A stretch of 64,000 bases of DNA from an uncultured Clostridia bacterium (GTDB lineage Bacteria; Bacillota; Clostridia; Oscillospirales; SIG627), in NCBI GenBank assembly GCA_947589595.1, contig CANQBV010000005.1, positions 22,602 through 86,601 on the forward strand, given 5' to 3'. Position 1 is the stretch's first letter. Each line of letters opens with the position of its first letter. The translations under genes and the position numbers were made by a program. This document shows, in pieces, positions 39,630 to 49,058 of this stretch. The notes below the pieces were generated by a model. That model searched no databases. It was not told the origin of the DNA and saw only the letters and a list, made by a program, of their open reading frames with translations.

Positions 39630-39944
39630 TTGGAGAATGTTGTGATAGAGCTTCGAAGCGAGGAATTCAATGCAAAGGTTGCATCCGGGCAGAAGCTGCT
39701 CTTATATTTTTATAGGAAAGAATCACCGTCGTGTCAGCTGCAGCAAGCTGTCTTAGAGGAAGTTGACCGTCTGATATCCAAGCCGTTTACTATTTATTGC
39801 ATCAATTCAGCACTGGAAACAGAGTTAAACCGCTTATTTGACATTCAGGAAGTACCTGAATTGATCGTAATCCAGAACAAAAGAATCTATAAGCGTACAA
39901 AGGGCTTAACACCGTATCAGGACGTTTTAAATTTATTAAAATAG
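39630..39944 (+). CDS. Thioredoxin-fold protein with SxxC site
   Basis: LLYFY..SPSC, FDIQEVP (cis-Pro), TTG start. Confidence 0.7.
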   Translation: MENVVIELRSEEFNAKVASGQKLLLYFYRKESPSCQLQQAVLEEVDRLISKPFTIYCINSALETELNRLFDIQEVPELIVIQNKRIYKRTKGLTPYQDVLNLLK

Positions 39945-39979
39945 AAACCAAAATAAATAAACAATATTCTTACATAAAT

Positions 39980-40009
39980 AAAGTCAATGGAACATACCAT
40001 TGACTTTTT
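39980..40009. terminator. Terminator, potentially bidirectional
   Basis: AAAGTCAATGG-aacata-CCATTGACTTT with T-rich tails on both strands. Confidence 0.8.
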
Positions 40010-40014
40010 CATTT

Positions 40015-40560
40015 TTTACTAAAAAGAGCGTGGAAGCATATCCGAGCTTACAAGGCTACGACAGTCTTGTGCCTAAGGGGCAATTTGACTGTATCTCTGC
40101 CATATCTCAAACAATCACTTCTCTAAATTATACAAAATTTTCATTTTGTATAATTGACACTGTCCAAAAAAGCGGGGCTTCGCCCTTGTCCCCTTTTTTG
40201 GCCGTGTTCAATTACAAGTCTCCGAAAGTTTTTTTTGCTGCCTGGGTTCTCCTTACCTTGGCAAAAAAACTTTCTCCGTTCCAAAATGATAGTATTTTGT
40301 TTGGGCTGGTGGGATCGATACCTTTTTACTTACGCCTAGGTTCCGCTACTGTCATTCTCCTTTCCGGCTCGGCACTCACCATAGCCATTTTATAGTTACA
40401 TTTCTTTCAAAACGTGCCGTTGCTTCATCGTTCGAAATTTTCCCGGTTACGGCCGTCTGGCGGTTTGGAACTGTCGTGAGAATAACAAGTATGGATAAAT
40501 GGCATGCTCTCCCTTTTGAATCAAAGAGTCATAATGGCGGTGAGAACGAAGCCTTGCGGC
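40015..40560 (-). ncRNA. Candidate large structured ncRNA, family unassigned
   Basis: Many stems, two GAAA tetraloops and G-U wobbles mainly on the minus strand, end-to-end pairing, no credible ORF. Confidence 0.45.
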
Positions 40561-40579
40561 AGATTTGAAAATTTCAAAA

Positions 40580-40608
40580 ACATATTTTTTTCTTTACAGG
40601 GTAAACTA
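40580..40608 (+). promoter_or_regulatory. sigma-F-type forespore promoter
   Basis: aCATA-N15-GGTAAACTA upstream of the small ORF and spoVA. Confidence 0.55.
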
Positions 40609-40627
40609 CCTGTGAGGTGAAAGTTGA

Positions 40628-40798
40628 ATGTTTGACATTGAATGCAGGAAAGACTGTGTTTATCGCGAAAATGAATCCTGTAAACTGAAAATTGAACCGT
40701 ATAATTCGATTTTCCCGGTGAAAAAAATCGCTTGCATTTATTACAACCAAGATTTAAAAAACCAGAAAAAGCATTACGATTTGCCACCGACTTTATAA
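40628..40798 (+). CDS. 56-aa Cys-rich small protein (missing from the ORF track)
   Basis: GAGGTG RBS; MFDIECRKDCVYRENESCKL...IACIYY, pattern Cx3Cx7Cx17C. Confidence 0.65.
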   Translation: MFDIECRKDCVYRENESCKLKIEPYNSIFPVKKIACIYYNQDLKNQKKHYDLPPTL

Positions 40799-40843
40799 TT
40801 ATAACAAAATTCTAACGAATATTCAAACGAAAAGGAGATTTGC

Positions 40844-41308
40844 ATGACGAATCAATCCTATGAAAAATATTCAAAAAAGAAAGCTAAAAAATCTCCACTA
40901 TTGAAAAACATTTGTTTTGCTTTTTTAGTGGGCGGTTTGATCTGTACCTTGGGGCAAGCAATACTGAATTGCTACTTGGCGCTCGGAATCGATAAAGAAC
41001 GCGCCGCTTCCCTGCTCTCAATTACTCTGATTTTTCTTGCCTGTCTGTTTACTGGATTTGGTCTTTTTGACCGTTTGGCAAAGCATGCCGGCGCCGGCAC
41101 TTTGGTGCCGATCACCGGGTTTGCCAACGCCATGTGTTCGCCTTCGATCGATAATAAAGCGGAAGGATATGTTTTGGGCGTCGGCGCGAAAATGTTTGTG
41201 ATCGCGGGCCCGGTAATTGTATATGGTACCTTAACCTCGATTTTACTGGGAATTGTGATATATGTATTATCCCTTTTCGGAATCGACATCATCCATTTAA
41301 TCGTATAA
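40844..41308 (+). CDS. spoVAC: Stage V sporulation protein AC
   Basis: AFLVGGLIC, AGAGTLVPITGFAN, EGYVLGVG, IAGPVIVYG. Confidence 0.95.
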   Translation: MTNQSYEKYSKKKAKKSPLLKNICFAFLVGGLICTLGQAILNCYLALGIDKERAASLLSITLIFLACLFTGFGLFDRLAKHAGAGTLVPITGFANAMCSPSIDNKAEGYVLGVGAKMFVIAGPVIVYGTLTSILLGIVIYVLSLFGIDIIHLIV

Positions 41309-41330
41309 AACATTTAATCGTACAAAAGTT

Positions 41331-42335
41331 ATGAATAGAAAAGTATTTGAATTTCAATCAAAACCCGGAATTCTTTCCTCCTGCGCGGTAGGCGGACGAT
41401 TAGAAAAAGAGGGGCCGCTCGGATCCTATTTTGACATTACGGAAACCGACACTACCTTCGGAATGGAAAGCTGGGAAAAAGCCGAAACCAAAATGGTGGA
41501 AATTTGCTCCACCTTAGCACTCGAAAAAGCGAAAGCTGCGGCAGATGAGATCGACCTGGTATTCGCCGGTGATTTAATGAACCAGTGCACCGCATCCAGC
41601 TTTGCTTTCCGACAAACGCAGATTCCTTATATCGGTCTGTACGGAGCATGTTCCACCTTTGCGCTTTCCCTGGGACTTGCTGCCATGAGCTTGGAAACCG
41701 GATTTGCCAAAAGAACAATGGCGGTTGCATCCTCGCATTTTTGCTCTGCCGAGCGGCAATACCGCTTCCCTATCGAATATGGCAACCAGCGGACTCCTAC
41801 CTCACAAAACACGGTGACCGGTGTGGGCGCTGTTATTTTAGGGGAACAACAAGGAGAACGGATCGCCGTGACAGAATTCTTGCCTGGTAGAATCCACGAC
41901 TACAAGATAAAAGACGTTAACAATATGGGGGCCGCCATGGCTCCGGCAGCCCTGTATACTCTGAAGCGCTATTTTTCCTTCAGTGATAAAAAGCCCGAAG
42001 ACTTTGACCTGATCGTTACCGGCGATCTGGGTATGGAAGGAAAAAATATTCTCATTGAATTAGGCGCTTCGCATGGCCTGATCCTGGGCGAAAACTACAA
42101 CGATTGCGGCGTCATGATCTATGATCTGGAGAATCAGGACGTACACGCAGGCGGCTCCGGATGCGGCTGTTCTGCCAGCGTTTTTTCCGGATATCTGATG
42201 GATCAGCTTCGCTGCGGAAATTTAAACGACATTTTGCTGGTTGGAACGGGAGCGCTTTTAAGTCCCACAACCGCCCTGCAAAAGGAAAGTATCCCCGGAA
42301 TTGCTCATTTGGTGCGGATACAGAGGGTAAAATAA
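41331..42335 (+). CDS. spoVAD: Stage V sporulation protein AD
   Basis: EGPLG, WEKAE, AGDLMNQC, GACST, AERQYRFP.EYG, GGSGCGC, ESIPGIAH. Confidence 0.96.
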   Translation: MNRKVFEFQSKPGILSSCAVGGRLEKEGPLGSYFDITETDTTFGMESWEKAETKMVEICSTLALEKAKAAADEIDLVFAGDLMNQCTASSFAFRQTQIPYIGLYGACSTFALSLGLAAMSLETGFAKRTMAVASSHFCSAERQYRFPIEYGNQRTPTSQNTVTGVGAVILGEQQGERIAVTEFLPGRIHDYKIKDVNNMGAAMAPAALYTLKRYFSFSDKKPEDFDLIVTGDLGMEGKNILIELGASHGLILGENYNDCGVMIYDLENQDVHAGGSGCGCSASVFSGYLMDQLRCGNLNDILLVGTGALLSPTTALQKESIPGIAHLVRIQRVK

Positions 42336-42694
42336 TGCAGTATCTCTATGCTTTTTTAATTGGCGGCGCGCTTTGTGCGATTGCACAGATCTGGATCGAT
42401 AAGACCGCTGTTACTCCGGCAAGAATTTTGGTCAGCTATGTCTGTCTCGGCGTGGTGCTTTCCGGTGTCGGGGCATATAAACCTTTGGCAGAATTTGCCG
42501 GCGCAGGCGCTACCGTTCCCCTGACCGGTTTTGGCTATGCCTTGGCAAAAGGCGTGGCAAAAGGGATTCAGGAATTTGGATTTTTAGGAATTTTCACCGG
42601 CGGACTGCAAGGAACTGCCGGTGGAATTACCGCTGCTATGCTGTTTTCACTTTTGGCGGCGCTCATTTTTAAGGCAAAACCGGAAAATTTATAA
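42335..42694 (+). CDS. spoVAE: Stage V sporulation protein AE (AEb type)
   Basis: AFLIGGALC, TPARILV, AGAGATVPLTGFG; start overlaps the spoVAD stop. Confidence 0.93.
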   Translation: MQYLYAFLIGGALCAIAQIWIDKTAVTPARILVSYVCLGVVLSGVGAYKPLAEFAGAGATVPLTGFGYALAKGVAKGIQEFGFLGIFTGGLQGTAGGITAAMLFSLLAALIFKAKPENL

Positions 42695-42762
42695 ATTCCT
42701 TATTTACAAAAATCCAACTCCATAGTATAATGATAATGAAAGATATACTTGGAGGCAACATT

Positions 42763-43881
42763 TTGATCATTCAATTAGAGCAAGCGCGCCAGCATTTGAA
42801 AGAAATGCAGCCGCAGCTTGAGGAATTGGCAAAATCGCTCAATATTTCCCAGTTGGAACAGAATTGCAAGGAATTGGAAGCGATCACTTCTGAGGCGGAT
42901 TTCTGGAATGACCCGGAGAGGTCCCAAAAAGTCCTTGGAGAATTAAAAGAAAATAAGTCCACACTGGACGACTATAAAGAATTGATGGCTCTGTATGAGT
43001 CCACTCTGGAGCTTTTGGACATGGCGATCGAAAGCGAAGATGAAAGCTTTACGGACGATATTTTAGCCGATATCAAAACGATCGAAAAGTCCTATGAAGA
43101 GCAAAGAATCAAACTGCTTCTTTCCGGTGAATACGACCGCAGCAACGCGATCGTTTCCATTCATCCGGGCGCAGGCGGAACAGAGGCGCAGGATTGGGCG
43201 GAAATGCTCTATCGCATGTATATGCGCTTTTCCGAGCGGCAGGGATTTCGCTTTAAGGTGCTTGATTATTTGGATGGCGATGAAGCCGGAATCAAGAGCG
43301 TTACCTTTATGATAGAGGGTGAATTTGCTTACGGGTATATGAAATCCGAATCCGGCGTGCACCGTCTGGTGCGTGTCTCCCCTTTTGATTCTTCCGGAAG
43401 AAGGCACACCTCCTTTGCTTCGGTGGAAGTAATGCCCGAATTTGATGATAAAATCAAAATCGAGATTCGTGAAGAAGATTTGGAAATTGAAGCGCACCGC
43501 GCCAGCGGCGCAGGAGGACAGCATATCAATAAAACAGATTCTGCCATCCGTATTAAGCACATCCCCACCGGGATCGTAGTCGGTTGTCAGAACGAACGTA
43601 GCCAGCTTCAGAATAAAGAAGTGGCTTTAAAAATGCTGAAATCCAAGCTTTTGGAAATCAAAGAGCGTGAACAGCTGGAAAAAATAGACGATATTAAGGG
43701 CGTTAAGACCAATATCGAATGGGGCGCACAGATCCGATCCTATGTTTTTATGCCCTATACCCTGGTAAAAGATCATCGTACCGGCTATGAAGACGGCGAT
43801 ATCAATAAGGTTATGGACGGTAATTTGAGCGAATTTATGAATGCTTACCTGATTTTCAAATCAGGTGAAAATAAAAAATAA
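42763..43881 (+). CDS. prfB: Peptide chain release factor 2, continuous ORF
   Basis: HRLVRVSPF (SPF), GAGGQ, WGAQIRSY; TTG start after GGAGG. Confidence 0.96.
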   Translation: MIIQLEQARQHLKEMQPQLEELAKSLNISQLEQNCKELEAITSEADFWNDPERSQKVLGELKENKSTLDDYKELMALYESTLELLDMAIESEDESFTDDILADIKTIEKSYEEQRIKLLLSGEYDRSNAIVSIHPGAGGTEAQDWAEMLYRMYMRFSERQGFRFKVLDYLDGDEAGIKSVTFMIEGEFAYGYMKSESGVHRLVRVSPFDSSGRRHTSFASVEVMPEFDDKIKIEIREEDLEIEAHRASGAGGQHINKTDSAIRIKHIPTGIVVGCQNERSQLQNKEVALKMLKSKLLEIKEREQLEKIDDIKGVKTNIEWGAQIRSYVFMPYTLVKDHRTGYEDGDINKVMDGNLSEFMNAYLIFKSGENKK

Positions 43882-43897
43882 AAAGGAGATAACGACT

Positions 43898-44260
43898 ATG
43901 AACAAAAAAACCAAATTTATTGCTGCGGTATGTCTTTTGGCACAGTCTTTTACCAGCATTGTTCTTTCCTTTGTATATGCAAACCGCAAGAAAGAACTGT
44001 CCAAGGCCTTTTTAGGTCTCGGTGTTCTGGGTGGTTTGGGCGGCGCCTACCTGCTTTATAAAGAATATGAAGAAAGCCGGGAAGAAAAGCTGGCTTGTGA
44101 AGGCGAATGGTGCGAGGACGAAGACTGCGACTGCTGCGACGATATCGATTTTGATGAACTCGACGCAGACGATATCAATTTCACCATTGCCGAAGAAGAG
44201 CAACATAATGATGATGAATCTGCCAAAACAGCAGAGAACGCAGAAACCACTGAAGAATAA
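43898..44260 (+). CDS. Small two-TM protein with acidic, Cys-containing tail
   Basis: AAGGAG RBS; two hydrophobic segments; CEGEWCEDEDCDCCDD. Confidence 0.75.
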   Translation: MNKKTKFIAAVCLLAQSFTSIVLSFVYANRKKELSKAFLGLGVLGGLGGAYLLYKEYEESREEKLACEGEWCEDEDCDCCDDIDFDELDADDINFTIAEEEQHNDDESAKTAENAETTEE

Positions 44261-44273
44261 TTCATAAAGAAAC

Positions 44274-44302
44274 AAAAGCCGACGCTAAAAGCGTCGGCTT
44301 TT
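44274..44302. terminator. Bidirectional terminator
   Basis: AAAAGCCGACGCT/AGCGTCGGCTTTT. Confidence 0.85.
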
Positions 44303-44330
44303 TGTTCTGCTTATCTGCAATTTAAGAAAA

Positions 44331-45485
44331 TCAATGAAAATCGTCTGTCAGAGCAGCAATGCAGGCAGCAAGGCGCTGTGCACCGGTACGAATGGAATCG
44401 AGCTGCACGAATTCATTGCGCGTATGACCGCCGCCACCGTAAGCACCAAAGGCGCAAACGCTGGGAACGCCGGCAAGAGTGGTGTAGCAGGCATCGGAAC
44501 CACCGCCGCGGCTGGAAGGAACAATTTCTTCAAAACCGTATTTTTGCATGACGGAATTAATAAAAGCGGCAAGCCGCAAATTGCCGTCAGTTTTTTCCAT
44601 GGGCGGCCGTTTTCCGTCAATATGTACGGTAATTTTGGTACCGGCGAGCGTGGGTTTCGAACAAATATCATAAACTCGCTGGATCGCTTCCTCCATCAAC
44701 TTAAAATTGGGAGAACGGATGTCGATCACAAAGCTGCAAAATTCCGGAACCGTGTTGAAAACGGTTCCGCCGGAAATAAGCCCGCAGTTATACGTTACTT
44801 TTTGCATATCGCTTGCACTTTCGATTTTCGGGATCAGATAGCACGCTTCTTTGATCGCACTGATTCCTTCGTCGTATTTGGAACCGGCGTGAGCGGCCTT
44901 TCCCTGGATTTTTACGGTAAGACGTGCAATTCCTTTGCGGGAGACGACGACTTTTCCGGTCGAATAGGGCTCGGTATTGATGGCGGCGAGCGCGCCGCGC
45001 GCATGCTTTATGTGCCAAGCGGCAATTTCTTCTCCGCAAAAGCCGCAGTCTTCCTCCGCACCGCACAGCAGGAATTTCACCGGTCGTTGGCACCCGGTCT
45101 CCATAAGAGCTTTCATCGCCAAAAGACCGCTCACAACCCCGCCCTTGCAGTCCTGCGAACCGGGGCCGCGCAGATACTCGCCGTCAATGCGGGCAACCGG
45201 CTTTTCATAGTCGCCGACAGGATGCACGGTATCCATATGCCCCAGCAAAAGAACAGGCTTTTCTTTCGATTCCGGGTGAGTGGATAAAAGATAGAAATTT
45301 CCCGCCGTGGAAAAGGGCGTCATTTCCACATGAATTCCTTCCTTGCGGCAAAATTCAGCAACGCCTTCCCCGCAGCGATCCACGAGTTCTTTTTCATGCG
45401 TAGGGCTTTCGAGCGTTACAAATTCTTTTAAAAAATCAAGATAGCGCGTATAATTCTGATCAATGTAATCAAAGGTAGCTTTCAT
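44331..45485 (-). CDS. M20 family metallopeptidase (glutamate carboxypeptidase-like)
   Basis: GHMDTV, GPGSQDCKGG, AEE, GKAAHAG, GGSD, HTRNE. Confidence 0.9.
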   Translation of the reverse strand: MKATFDYIDQNYTRYLDFLKEFVTLESPTHEKELVDRCGEGVAEFCRKEGIHVEMTPFSTAGNFYLLSTHPESKEKPVLLLGHMDTVHPVGDYEKPVARIDGEYLRGPGSQDCKGGVVSGLLAMKALMETGCQRPVKFLLCGAEEDCGFCGEEIAAWHIKHARGALAAINTEPYSTGKVVVSRKGIARLTVKIQGKAAHAGSKYDEGISAIKEACYLIPKIESASDMQKVTYNCGLISGGTVFNTVPEFCSFVIDIRSPNFKLMEEAIQRVYDICSKPTLAGTKITVHIDGKRPPMEKTDGNLRLAAFINSVMQKYGFEEIVPSSRGGGSDACYTTLAGVPSVCAFGAYGGGGHTRNEFVQLDSIRTGAQRLAACIAALTDDFH

Positions 45486-45489
45486 TGTT

Positions 45490-47142
45490 TTATTTTCCTT
45501 TACTGTCTTTTAATGCGACGATGCTGTTAAAAGTGTTTTCGTATTTAGTATCTTTGCAAAAGTACCCGTTGCGCACAAACTGAAAGCGATCGCCGGGTTT
45601 GGCATTTTGCAAAGAAAGCTCCAATTTGCAGCCGGTGATTTTTTTCTTGGAATCGGGATTCAGATAATCCCCATAGCTCTCACCTTCAGGCAGCGCAATA
45701 AGATTTTCCTTTTCAAACAATCTTCCGAATTCAAAAACATCGGCGTCAAAGGCATGTCTTGCGGAGAGCCAATGGATGGTTCCTTTAATTTTCCGGCCGT
45801 CGGTAGGGTTTTTGCCACCGGTTTCCAAATCGGCCTCGCAGCGAATGAGCGTGACCCTGCCATCGGCATCGGCTTCGAATCCGCTGCATTTTACAACGTA
45901 CGCGCCCATCAACCGGACTTCCCCACCCGGATACAGGCGGTGGAACTTCGGTGCTTTTTCGGGCAGAAAATCCGAGCGCTCCACGTATAGCTCCCGGGTG
46001 AAAGGCAGCATTCTTGTGCCGGCGCTTTCATCGTTGGGATTGTTGTTTTGCGGAAACAGTTCTTCTTCCTCTTCGGGGTAATTTTCAATTATTACCTTTA
46101 CCGGATCCAGTACGGCAATTCTTCTGGGAGCGGCAAAATTTAATTCATCGCGGATGCAGTGCTCCAAAAGCCCAATATCGACAATACTGTAGGCTTTAGA
46201 AATACCGGCGCGCTTAACGAATTCAAAGATGGCGGAAGGAGTGTAGCCGCGGCGTCTTAAACCGCAGAGCGTAGGCATGCGGGGGTCGTCCCATCCGTCT
46301 ACCGTTCCGGTTTCCACAAGCTGGCGCAGATAGCGCTTGCTCATAACGGTATGGGTGACGTTCAGACGGGCAAATTCATACTGATGCGGTTTTTTCTCGA
46401 AACCGATATGATCGATCACCCAGTCATAAAGCGGACGGTGATTTTCAAATTCAATGGAGCACATGGAATGCGTGATCCCTTCCAGTGCATCTTGAATGGG
46501 GTGAGCGAAATCATACAGCGGATAGATACACCACTTATTTCCCTGACGGTGGTGCGAGGTGTGCGAAATGCGATAGATCGCCGGGTCACGCAGGTTCATA
46601 TTGGGCGAAGCCATGTCGATCTTGGCACGCAGCGTACAGGCGCCATCGGCAAATTCGCCGTTTTTCATGCGCTCAAACAGAGCCAGATTTTCTTCCACGG
46701 GGCGGTCACGATAAGGGCTTTTTTTGCCGGGTTCAGTGAGCGTACCACGGTATTCGCGCATTTCATCTGCAGAGAGATCGCACACGTAAGCATCCCCCTG
46801 ACGAATCAACTGCACGGCAAATTCATAGCACTGGTCAAAATAGTCCGAGCCGTAAAACACACCGCCGTCCGGTTTGGCGCCCAGCCACATCAAGTCTTCA
46901 TAAATACTCTGAACGTATTCATCATCTTCCTTGACTGGGTTGGTATCGTCATAGCGCAGATTAAAAAGCCCGCCGTATTTTTGCGCCGAAACCGCATTGA
47001 TATAAATGGCTTTCGCACTGCCAATGTGCAGGTAGCCATTAGGTTCAGGCGGAAAGCGAGTATGAATTTTTTCCACTTTCCCCTCTGCAAGGTCTTTTTC
47101 TATAATCTCTTGTAAAAAATTGGTGTTCGTCGTTTCTTCCAT
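45490..47142 (-). CDS. glnS: Glutamine--tRNA ligase
   Basis: TRFPPEPNGYLHIG, RYDDTNP, VMSKR, GWDDPRMPT, KGTIHW. Confidence 0.96.
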   Translation of the reverse strand: MEETTNTNFLQEIIEKDLAEGKVEKIHTRFPPEPNGYLHIGSAKAIYINAVSAQKYGGLFNLRYDDTNPVKEDDEYVQSIYEDLMWLGAKPDGGVFYGSDYFDQCYEFAVQLIRQGDAYVCDLSADEMREYRGTLTEPGKKSPYRDRPVEENLALFERMKNGEFADGACTLRAKIDMASPNMNLRDPAIYRISHTSHHRQGNKWCIYPLYDFAHPIQDALEGITHSMCSIEFENHRPLYDWVIDHIGFEKKPHQYEFARLNVTHTVMSKRYLRQLVETGTVDGWDDPRMPTLCGLRRRGYTPSAIFEFVKRAGISKAYSIVDIGLLEHCIRDELNFAAPRRIAVLDPVKVIIENYPEEEEELFPQNNNPNDESAGTRMLPFTRELYVERSDFLPEKAPKFHRLYPGGEVRLMGAYVVKCSGFEADADGRVTLIRCEADLETGGKNPTDGRKIKGTIHWLSARHAFDADVFEFGRLFEKENLIALPEGESYGDYLNPDSKKKITGCKLELSLQNAKPGDRFQFVRNGYFCKDTKYENTFNSIVALKDSKGK

Positions 47143-47163
47143 GGCTATTTTTTCCTTTCGGCG

Positions 47164-48840
47164 TCATCCATTCAGCTTGGCGATCGTGTTTTGGATCCGT
47201 CGGCAGACGGTTTCTTTCCCTAAAATCTGCATGCAGGAACACAAATCCGGCGATGCAGTTTTGCCGGTCACGGCAACGCGCAATACCATGCTGACATCCC
47301 CGATATGCCCTTTATATGCTTGCGGATTTTGTTTATATTCTTTCGGTTTGGCGGCAAATCCAAGCGAAACGGCAAGCTGCGTAAGCTTTTCAAACCAAAC
47401 CGTACCGTCATCCTTCGGCGAATAGAGCGGCAAATATTGGGTCAAAATTTCTTTGATATCTTCTTTTGAAAGATTCTCCGGCATCGGGTCTTTCTCTACA
47501 AAAAGGTCATCATAGAAAAAGCCCAAATATTCACGCATTTCGCTCCAAACAGCAATATCTTTCCGAGGTTTGGCTCCGCCTCTGCCGATCGAAAGAATGG
47601 CAAGCGCTTTTTCGCGGTCGGCGCTCAGAAACCCGCAAAGCTCCGGATCAAACTCCGCCGTCCATTCCAGAACCAGCTCCAACACCTTTTCGGCGGTCAT
47701 TTTAGCAATCACGTTTTTCGAAACGTCCAAGAGCTTCATTTTGTCGAACAGAGAGCCGGCCGGGTTCATTTTCTTATATGAGAAACGAAACTCCGAAGCC
47801 GGGGTATCAGGATTGGCGCGGCGCCAGTCTTCGAAATTGGAATTTAAAATCGTAAGAATGTATTCATAGACAGCTTCCACCGGAAAGCCTTCCGCTTTAT
47901 AAAAGGTCAGTGCAAGTTCCGGGTCTTTGCGCTTGGAAAGTTTGCGCTTGCTGGTGCCATCCATTTTCATCAACGGGCCAATGTGCAGGTATTTGGGAGT
48001 ACGAAATCCCAATGCGCGGAAAAGCTGCAAATGGAACGGCAAGGTGGAAAGCCACTCGTCGCCGCGCACCACGTGGGTAGTGCGCATGAGATGATCGTCC
48101 ACGGCGTGGGCGAAATGATAGGTCGGAATCCCATCGGATTTTAACAAAACGTGATCTATATCGTTCTCCGTAATTTCCAAGTCGCCTTTAATCAAATCGG
48201 TAAAATGAATTTTGTTTTCAAGCGATCCCGTGGAACGAAAGCGCAAAACAAAGGGCTTGTTTTCAGCAAGAGCGGATTGAATATCCGCAAGCGAGGCGTC
48301 TCTCCACTTAGCCCATTTTCCGAAATAGCCGAAGTTGGCTTTTTCAGCTTCCTGCTGTTCGTGGATCGCCGCTAACTCCTCTTCGCTGCAGAAGCAGGGA
48401 TAGGCAAGCCCCTCGAGAAAAAGCTTTTTGGCATAAACATGATAAATTTCTTTCCTCAGGCGCTGGTAATACGGTCCGTAATTTCCGACTTCCCCGCCGA
48501 TAGATGCGCCTTCATCGAACTGAATACCGTAGTGACTCAGCGTTTCGATCAGCACATCAATGGCGCCGGCAACTTCCCGCTTGGCGTCGGTATCCTCCAC
48601 GCGCAGAAACAAAACGCCGCCGCTTTGGTGAGACATACGTTCGGAAGTGAGCCCCTGTACAAGATTTCCCAAATGCACAAAACCGGTGGGGCTGGGTGCC
48701 ATCCGGGAAACCACGGCTCCTTCCGGAAGGGAGCGCGGCGGGAATTTTTCTTCCAGTTCTTCGGGCGTGATTGTTACATTCGGAAACAAAATGGCACAGA
48801 GCTCGTTTCGTTCTTCGGGATTCAGAGGGCGTTTTTCCAT
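47164..48840 (-). CDS. gltX: Glutamate--tRNA ligase
   Basis: RMAPSPTGFVHLG, LRVEDTD, YPCFC, THVVRGDEW, KLSKR. Confidence 0.94.
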   Translation of the reverse strand: MEKRPLNPEERNELCAILFPNVTITPEELEEKFPPRSLPEGAVVSRMAPSPTGFVHLGNLVQGLTSERMSHQSGGVLFLRVEDTDAKREVAGAIDVLIETLSHYGIQFDEGASIGGEVGNYGPYYQRLRKEIYHVYAKKLFLEGLAYPCFCSEEELAAIHEQQEAEKANFGYFGKWAKWRDASLADIQSALAENKPFVLRFRSTGSLENKIHFTDLIKGDLEITENDIDHVLLKSDGIPTYHFAHAVDDHLMRTTHVVRGDEWLSTLPFHLQLFRALGFRTPKYLHIGPLMKMDGTSKRKLSKRKDPELALTFYKAEGFPVEAVYEYILTILNSNFEDWRRANPDTPASEFRFSYKKMNPAGSLFDKMKLLDVSKNVIAKMTAEKVLELVLEWTAEFDPELCGFLSADREKALAILSIGRGGAKPRKDIAVWSEMREYLGFFYDDLFVEKDPMPENLSKEDIKEILTQYLPLYSPKDDGTVWFEKLTQLAVSLGFAAKPKEYKQNPQAYKGHIGDVSMVLRVAVTGKTASPDLCSCMQILGKETVCRRIQNTIAKLNG

Positions 48841-49058
48841 AATAATTGCCATTCCTTCATTGTATTTCAAACTTAATATTAGCATAATTCTGGCAATAAT
48901 TCAATATCCATATCAGGAATATTTTTGGGTTCTCTATCATGATAAATTATAATTGCTATATTAAATGTTAAATAAATGTTAATTCTTTTTGAAAGCATTG
49001 CAAGAAATAAAAATTTGTTATACAATCTATTTTAATTGGGTATAGAGGAGGAGAAAAA

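Noticed and set aside
40340-40375. GCCGGAAAGG resembling the SRP RNA or group II intron domain V core
   Set aside because: Flanking conserved SRP (CAGG..GCAGC) and domain V/VI pairings are absent
40000-40395. 131-aa plus-strand ORF
   Set aside because: TTG start lies inside a terminator stem, no RBS, no recognisable motif; overlaps the structured region
45490-48840. glnS present in a Firmicute next to gltX
   Set aside because: Common in Clostridia; not novel
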